A DNA stretch of 63,301 bases, counting the filler, from Reclinomonas americana ATCC 50394 (taxonomy: Eukaryota): NCBI GenBank assembly GCA_048213135.1. It is 6 parts of 2 records of this genome, joined end to end, with 100 filler letters (N's around TTAATTAATTAA, not from the genome) between each part and the next. Parts side by side here need not be neighbours in the genome. Positions count along the whole stretch, not along the records: positions 40,995 to 59,529 come from PS015018.1; positions 59,630 to 63,301 come from PS015018.1; 4 more parts are not named here. One strand, 5' to 3'. Below, piece by piece: positions 55,832-63,301 of this stretch. A program made the translations under genes and the position numbers. The notes under the pieces were generated by a model. That model searched no databases. It was not told the origin of the DNA and saw nothing but the letters and a program-made list of their open reading frames with translations. The first letter of the stretch is position 1; every line of letters begins with the position of its first letter.

Positions 55832-57216
55832 AAGAAAAGACAATACGTACCACTCGTGTCAGCGTNNNNNNNNNNNNNNNNNNNNNNNNNNNNNNNNNNN
55901 NNNNNNNNNNNNNNNNNNNNNNNNNNNNNNNNNNNNNNNNNNNNNNNNNNNNNNNNNNNNNNNNNNNNNNNNNNNNNNNNNNNNNNNNNNNNNNNNNNNN
56001 NNNNNNNNNNNNNNNNNNNNNNNNNNNNNNNNNNNNNNNNNNNNNNNNNNNNNNNNNNNNNNNNNNNNNNNNNNNNNNNNNNNNNNNNNNNNNNNNNNNN
56101 NNNNNNNNNNNNNNNNNNNNNNNNNNNNNNNNNNNNNNNNNNNNNNNNNNNNNNNNNNNNNNNNNNNNNNNNNNNNNNNNNNNNNNNNNNNNNNNNNNNN
56201 NNNNNNNNNNNNNNNNNNNNNNNNNNNNNNNNNNNNNNNNNNNNNNNNNNNNNNNNNNNNNNNNNNNNNNNNNNNNNNNNNNNNNNNNNNNNNNNNNNNN
56301 NNNNNNNNNNNNNNNNNNNNNNNNNNNNNNNNNNNNNNNNNNNNNNNNNNNNNNNNNNNNNNNNNNNNNNNNNNNNNNNNNNNNNNNNNNNNNNNNNNNN
56401 NNNNNNNNNNNNNNNNNNNNNNNNNNNNNNNNNNNNNNNNNNNNNNNNNNNNNNNNNNNNNNNNNNNNNNNNNNNNNNNNNNNNNNNNNNNNNNNNNNNN
56501 NNNNNNNNNNNNNNNNNNNNNNNNNNNNNNNNNNNNNNNNNNNNNNNNNNNNNNNNNNNNNNNNNNNNNNNNNNNNNNNNNNNNNNNNNNNNNNNNNNNN
56601 NNNNNNNNNNNNNNNNNNNNNNNNNNNNNNNNNNNNNNNNNNNNNNNNNNNNNNNNNNNNNNNNNNNNNNNNNNNNNNNNNNNNNNNNNNNNNNNNNNNN
56701 NNNNNNNNNNNNNNNNNNNNNNNNNNNNNNNNNNNNNNNNNNNNNNNNNNNNNNNNNNNNNNNNNNNNNNNNNNNNNNNNNNNNNNNNNNNNNNNNNNNN
56801 NNNNNNNNNNNNNNNNNNNNNNNNNNNGGAGGAGGAGGAGGTCAACAACGAGTGATAATCACCCACGCGGAAAGACACAACACCGACCTGACGCGCCACA
56901 GCTGCGAGAACTCGGCCAGCGTCAGGTGCCGGCACACCTCGATCCACAGCTCAGCAGGGAAGTGCGGCAATCCACCTGCACCACTGCGCTGCTGTTGCTG
57001 CTGTTGTTGTTGTTGCATCAATGCCTTCCTCCCAGCTGCTGCCGCTGCTCCACCTCCATTCATGGCAGCAGTGGTCAGTGTGGTCACTCCACCCGCAGAG
57101 GAGGCTGAGGAGGATGAGGTTGGCGACGACGGGCGATCGCTTTCAATGGACGAAGAGGACGCTGAGGAGGTCGAGCGGTGATGATGAGGATGAGAATGCA
57201 CGTCTTGATCCATCAT
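52531..57216 (-). CDS. F-box + LRR + armadillo-repeat protein, multi-exon, with one gap
   Basis: F-box LPHFPAELWIEVCRHLTLAEFSQLWRV; LRR LQSLKNLYMSNTPL; many ARM repeats (NQRQWGELGGIKTLIEVM, ARALLRDAGGMGALVNVMRNHP). Confidence 0.75.
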
Positions 57217-58038
57217 GGTGTGGAACGCACACAAATGAGACACACACACACACAGAAGGAATCACGCACACGCACACACGTAGAGAGAGAGAAGGAAAGA
57301 GAGAAGGGGAGGAAGGTGGTCTTTGCTCTCTCACTGGCACACACGTCTGACAATGTAAAAGCGAGGGAAGAATCGGTGCACACTTCGGCGAAACACACTC
57401 TTCCACATCACACAAGTCGCTCACGCACTTACACAACAGTGAATGCGAGCGGCAAAACAGACCTTTTTCTCCCTCGCCCTTTTACCAAGAGGAACAATGT
57501 CTCTCGCTCTCTCGCTGTCAATGAGTGTGCGCGCACGTGCAATGAATGAAGAAAAATGGGCGCGTGTGTGGATGAACACTCACTCAATCGACACCACAGC
57601 CGCCGAATCGCAGGCTGTTGTCTGAGAGAATCTGCGGCACCAGTGTGCAAGACCTCATGCACACGAAGAGGGGGGAAGGAAAGCAGGGGAGAGGAAGAGG
57701 AGAGAGAGGTGTCGATCTACACGCGCTGTATACATTTATTGCGTCTCGTCATCCGCAGCGGTAATGGGCATGTCCGCTTCGGGTCATTTCCGATGTTGTC
57801 GCACCGTTTGAGACACAGCGGCGCACACTGTAGGTGTGGCAACAGGTAGACCATGTTGGAGTGAGCTTCAGTGACTCATTCATTCCGCGGTGGTGATGCA
57901 TTGTTGGCGTCGACAGATATCGACAGCGCACAGCTCCGGTGAGACGCGCTGCGTTTGCTGCAGCACTCGTGGTCGCCTGTCGACTCGTCCAGTTGCAGTG
58001 CTCTTCTAGACCCTGCTGACACACTGTGCCAGTTTCTC

Positions 58039-59529
58039 CTACGGCAGCTTCCACAGATCGCATGCCTTCATCGAACGAATCTTCCGATCCACATCGCCGA
58101 CAAAGTGGACCTGCATGCAGACAACAGAGTGAGAGAGTTCATCGTACGTAGTGGCGGGAGTCTTTCCCGAGAGACGACTGACCGCTGCCATTCCAGCCTC
58201 GAGTGGCGGAGGCATGAGGCGGGTCGCACGCAGTTTGGCAAAGCCCATGACGGTGTTGACTTGGCGCGGATCGAACCAGTCGAAACGCAGACGACCGAGA
58301 CGGGTGTGGTAGTCGAGCAGCAAATTGGCCGCATCCTGCTCGTTCCATGTCGCCCAGTGCGACTCCAACGCGTCCACCATGTGCGCCAGGAAGCGCAAGG
58401 TGTACACGGTGGGGCGGAAGAAGAAGGCCCCGCTGTTGACGCAAAAGTGGCGTGGATGCTCCGGGCACACGGCGTACCGCTGCGGGCGGGAGAGATCAGG
58501 ATATCAAGAGCAGCAGCAGTAGTAGAGTGAATGAGGACGGTGGGCTCACCCAGTCTCCAGTAGGCATGGTGCAGCCGCGCGGCGCCACGGTCCACGGCTC
58601 ACGCATGCGTGCTTCGGCGCTCAACAGTGTGAACTCAAAGGGATCGCACAGCGTACTGCTGCACTCGGAGAGGCCGAGAATGTCGGCGACAGGGACACTG
58701 TCGGCTCGCAACTGCGGCAGCGTGGCCAGATCGCGCATCGCCAGCATGTCGACGTCCATGTACAGAGATTGGTAGCCGAGGCGCACCAAGAGGTACGCAT
58801 ACAGCCACTTGACGTTGATGGAGGCCGAGTAGTTCATCGGCAGGTTGCGCTTCTTCTCCCACCTGCGTGCAGCGGAAGATGAGTGATGGCACGTGGAAGA
58901 CGGAGACGAGGTACCAGGAAAACGTACCATTTCGCGCGGTCGAGAAACGCCGCCGACTTGTGCTCTGTCGGGAGCACCGACTGTACCAACTCCAGTGTCG
59001 CCTTGTCGAGGCACACAATCAGTGGCTGCACGGCTGGCCCGTGTGCACGCCAAAACAGCTGCAACCAGTTCTCCAACAGCGACAACCACTTGGAGGTGGC
59101 CGCGTCGGAACCGACCAGCTGCAGCACCGTGTAGACCACCGTCTTTTGCGCAAGACCCGGAAGTGCAAACGATGACACTGCAGATTGCAAGTGGCGACCG
59201 AGTTGCTTGAGCGCGCTGGAGCGACTTTCACGGAACCCGCTGTGCGGGAACAGAGCAATGGGCTGCGGTGCCTTTTCGTCGCCGACGGCCCTGAGGGTCG
59301 CCGTCGCTGCGTTCTTCTCGGTCAGCGCGCGCCACAGATACCGCTCCAGACCCTCACACGCCGAGGCGCCAACAGGCTCGCTGCGAAAGAGCGACAAATC
59401 GGCGCCACCATTGTCGTCGGCATGCAAACTCGGCAGCGCGGGTGGCGCCATGAAGTGACCGCGCTCGAGGAAATCGACGCCCAGCGTCGAGCACTCGCAC
59501 CGCGACACTGGTGGGAAGGCTACGACACC
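58039..59529 (-). CDS. Nucleotide-diphospho-sugar transferase (GT77-like), 5' truncated
   Basis: KWLYAYLLVRLGYQSLYMDVD (DxD), CVNSGAFFFRPT, WNEQDAANLLL. Confidence 0.8.
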
Positions 59530-59629
59530 NNNNNNNNNNNNNNNNNNNNNNNNNNNNNNNNNNNNNNNNNNNNTTAATTAATTAANNNNNNNNNNNNNNN
59601 NNNNNNNNNNNNNNNNNNNNNNNNNNNNN

Positions 59630-62025
59630 CACACACAGCTGAGCGATCGAGAGGACGCACGAACAATGTCTTGACAAATACATGCACACGCACCCGCGGC
59701 ATATCCATGATCGACACACAGAGCCGTGCACGCACTGACGAAGGGGTCGACATTGACGAGGTCGGTGACCAGCGCGCGACTGTGCGCCCATTCGGCCAGC
59801 GGCGCCCGTCGTCTGGTCGACGCGATTGGCGCAAACGGCTGCGTGTAGTACGACGGCAGCGGTGGCACGAGTCGGTGCATGTCGGCCGGATGCGCATCGA
59901 GGTGCTGCGAGGTGGAATGAAAAAAGTGAGACGCTGCGGGCACGACAACAACAACAACAAGGAGGCCGCAGTACGCACTCTCATGTACGAGGTGAAAAAG
60001 TCAGACGAATGCAGACTCTCCTCGGCCACCAGCGTGTCCACCAGCGTGATCGCCGCCAACGCCTCCTGCAGGTTCTCCTGCACGAATTCCACGTTGCCCT
60101 CCGACACTTGGAGAAGCCAGTTTTCCACTGGGGCGAAGGTGAAGGAGAAAATGAGGAGGAGGAGGAGGAGGAGGAGAGGCAGGAGGAGGCGGAGGAGGCG
60201 GAGGACGAGGAAGAGGAAGAGGAAGGAGGAGGAGGAGGAGGAGGAAGGAGGAGGAGGAGGAGGAGGAGGAGGAGGANNNNNNNNNNNNNNNNNNNNNNNN
60301 NNNNNNNNNNNNNNNNNNNNNNNNNNNNNNNNNNNNNNNNNNNNNNNNNNNNNNNNNNNNNNNNNNNNNNNNNNNNNNNNNNNNNNNNNNNNNNNNNNNN
60401 NNNNNNNNNNNNNNNNNNNNNNNNNNNNNNNNNNNNNNNNNNNNNNNNNNNNNNNNNNNNNNNNNNNNNNNNNNNNNNNNNNNNNNNNNNNNNNNNNNNN
60501 NNNNNNNNNNNNNNNNNNNNNNNNNNNNNNNNNNNNNNNNNNNNNNNNNNNNNNNNNNNNNNNNNNNNNNNNNNNNNNNNNNNNNNNNNNNNNNNNNNNN
60601 NNNNNNNNNNNNNNNNNNNNNNNNNNNNNNNNNNNNNNNNNNNNNNNNNNNNNNNNNNNNNNNNNNNNNNNNNNNNNNNNNNNNNNNNNNNNNNNNNNNN
60701 NNNNNNNNNNNNNNNNNNNNNNNNNNNNNNNNNNNNNNNNNNNNNNNNNNNNNNNNNNNNNNNNNNNNNNNNNNNNNNNNNNNNNNNNNNNNNNNNNNNN
60801 NNNNNNNNNNNNNNNNNNNNNNNNNNNNNNNNNNNNNNNNNNNNNNNNNNNNNNNNNNNNNNNNNNNNNNNNNNNNNNNNNNNNNNNNNNNNNNNNNNNN
60901 NNNNNNNNNNNNNNNNNNNNNNNNNNNNNNNNNNNNNNNNNNNNNNNNNNNNNNNNNNNNNNNNNNNNNNNNNNNNNNNNNNNNNNNNNNNNNNNNNNNN
61001 NNNNNNNNNNNNNNNNNNNNNNNNNNNNNNNNNNNNNNNNNNNNNNNNNNNNNNNNNNNNNNNNNNNNNNNNNNNNNNNNNNNNNNNNNNNNNNNNNNNN
61101 NNNNNNNNNNNNNNNNNNNNNNNNNNNNNNNNNNNNNNNNNNNNNNNNNNNNNNNNNNNNNNNNNNNNNNNNNNNNNNNNNNNNNNNNNNNNNNNNNNNN
61201 GGGCAGGAGGAGGCGGAGGAGGAGGAGGACGAGGAAGAGGAAGAGGAGGAGGAAAGGAGGAGAAGGAGGAAAAGGAGGAGGAGGAGGAGGAGGAAAAGGA
61301 GGAGGAGGAGGAAAAGGAGGAGGAGGAGGAGAAAGAGAAGGACGAGACCGCGGGGATGGAGAAGGGAAAGATGAAGAGAGTTTGCAAAGTTCCAAGTCTT
61401 CAGTCTTCCATCCCCTCCCGTCCATTCCCCTCCCCGGACCTTGCTCGCGAGTGGATCGCTCCGTCGACATTGCCACACTGTACATCTGTCCACGCATCGA
61501 CAGCGTGTGCTGCGTCGCCTGACGCGGTGCACGATGCGACAGCGTTCGCGGGTGAGTTACGTGATACGCCTGATCGGCCACCGAGATGGTGAGATGATGC
61601 TCGGCGAGCAGATTCAGTGAGTAGGCCCATATCTCATCGCGATAGTGCTGCAGATGCGGGTATGGATGAAGCGCCTCCTCCACTGATCACACGAGACAAG
61701 TCAAAAAAATCAATCAATCACACATGCATGCACCTGTTTCTCTTTCTTCGTTTTTCTTTGTCTCTCACTCACCTGCCTCCATCAGTGTGACGTGATGATT
61801 GTGGAACACCACATAGATGGGAGTGTCGGGCTCTCCTGCAATGTCGCTCTTCACGCTGACAAATGTCGACTGCACATTGGCGAGCGTCCATGGTCGCACG
61901 AGTGCGTCTGCGTGTTGTTGTGCAGTGGCGCACTGTGTGACACTGAGGAGTAGGAGCAGCAGGGGGAGGAGGAGAAAGAGAGAGGAGCGCGCGAAGGAGT
62001 GCATGAACGAAAACGAACCGAACAT
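59630..62025 (-). CDS. Putative secreted protein of unknown function, fragmented
   Basis: Signal-peptide-like SSLFLLLPLLLLLLSVTQCATA, then short exons with GT-AG boundaries; large gap. Confidence 0.45.
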
Positions 62026-62366
62026 ACGACTGTCCCGCTGTCTCTTTCTCTCTTCCTCTGGTGAAGTCTGCAGTGCCGGAGTGCGGCAGCATACAGTGTG
62101 ACACATGCAGCTGCTTTGTGAACGCGCTGCAGGCACAGTTCAGGAGAGAGAGACAGAGATCGCGAAGTCGACGTCGACGTTGATTCATTGCATGTGCTCC
62201 TGCCTGATCCAGTGTACCCGCTGTGGAGTGTTGCAACTGTGCTACGCTGCTGCCGAGCGTGGCGTGCAGGGAGCCATGTGCATGCACGCATTCTGTTGTT
62301 CGGGTAAAAATAGTTGCGAAAACATTGCATGCTTGCACCACTCCCCCCACCCCTCACAAAGAAATC

Positions 62367-62375
62367 AAAAAGAAA
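62367..62375 (-). terminator. Putative Pol III terminator (TTTCTTTTT)
   Basis: T-run immediately 3' of the trailer that closes the permuted tRNA hairpin. Confidence 0.6.
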
Positions 62376-62415
62376 GTTGAGCACCGTGCTCTAGCAGAGC
62401 GGCCGTCAGAATATA

Positions 62416-62500
62416 CCGAATGCTACCACTACACTACAGCGCCTTCCGTGAGGGGAGGGCGCTGGGAGGGAATCGAACCCCCGCCTCGGGCACCCAAAGC
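62416..62500 (-). tRNA. Circularly permuted tRNA-Pro(UGG)-like gene: 3' half 62500-62457, 13-nt spacer, 5' half 62443-62416
   Basis: The re-ordered halves give a 72-nt cloverleaf with acceptor stem GGCGCUG/CAGCGCC + C73, D stem GUGU/GCAU, anticodon stem CGG|GC/GCCCG, loop UU-UGG-GU and T loop UUCGAUU. Confidence 0.8.
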
Positions 62501-63301
62501 AAAGAACCGACATGCCTTGGTCTAGCGCGCGGTGCTCGATACACAAGAGTGCACATCTGAAGGCCATGGTTGCAGGACGCACGCAAGCACAGCGCTGCAG
62601 CCGATGGCTGCAGCTTGACCGCGCGCGAGAACGCACTTGCACGCGTACGTGCATGCAACGCGATCGCGTGGGATCGTACGTAGTCCAGTCCACTATGTAC
62701 GCGCACTGGTCCATGTCCAGCCAGTGCTGGCATACGAGACTCGCGCACCACACAACAACAAAAACGATCCCAGCGCGACTTCGACTTCGAATTCACAGCT
62801 GCACATGTACTACGCTTCACCACTTGCACCGTTACGTAGTTCACACCCCGACTACCAGGCAGACCTTACCCGGATCCGCACCACCGGTACCATGCCAGCC
62901 TTCGTTCTCCCTCATCATGACCGGCACGCGATTCTCTCGTCCCGCACTTCCACCTCTTTTCTCGGGAATGCGCACTCACGTTGCTGCATCAGCGACCCCT
63001 CCTCGGGGTCGTCTGACTGTGCTTCTTGCGGCCTTGCTCGTCTGTGCACTGGCAGTGGCCTCGCTGGTCGATGCATGTGGAATGCTCACGCACACTGTTG
63101 CGTCTCCGTCAGTCAGTCTCTTTCACTCACTCTTTGTCACTCACTCTCTCTCTCTCTCACAGGAAATCACAGTGCGCGCGCAGCAGTCGGCGTTCTTCTC
63201 CGAGTATCCCGCGTACAATGCTGTGTGTGTGCTGTGTGTGTGTGCATTGATTATTGATGGTCGTCTAACAATCACACGCACTGTCACACTCTCTTTCTCC
63301 G

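Noticed and set aside
60150-61335. Long poly-E/R/S/P ORFs
   Set aside because: (GGA)n microsatellite flanking a gap; not credible coding sequence.
62416-62500. Two-piece tmRNA interpretation
   Set aside because: No G3:U70 alanine determinant, a full D stem and an anticodon loop are present, and no tag ORF is seen.

Overview
Gene-dense, intron-rich eukaryotic (protist) genomic DNA from a fragmented draft assembly. Six scaffolds are concatenated with N-TTAATTAATTAA-N linkers (about 6718-6817, 14770-14869, 23953-24052, 40895-40994, 59530-59629), and there are many internal gaps at (CA)n/(GA)n microsatellites. The organism is probably flagellated (CFAP299), and the genes I traced to their stops read in the standard code. 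Recognisable genes: DDX41 helicase, three near-identical B12D/NDUFA4-like copies (two forming an inverted repeat), CFAP299, a PPM1G-like PP2C, F-box/LRR and F-box/LRR/ARM proteins, a Ubl+CesT-like protein, a homeobox gene, a NACHT-pentapeptide-WD40 NLR-like gene, a giant GB1/RHD3/VLIG-type GTPase apparently fused to a DH-PH RhoGEF, a secreted six-hairpin glycosidase-like protein and a GT77-like glycosyltransferase. Three observations stand out. (1) A circularly permuted tRNA-Pro(UGG)-like gene lies at 62367-62537 (minus strand): its 3' half precedes its 5' half, it is split in the anticodon stem at 29/30, and it sits inside a paired 37-nt leader/37-nt trailer ending in a T-run. (2) A four-intron Crypton-like tyrosine recombinase appears circularly permuted (about 3.4 kb unit), with a palindrome cluster at the tail-to-head junction. 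(3) A GTTGCG 5' splice-site class recurs across the window. All family calls are from motif recognition by eye; no searches were run.
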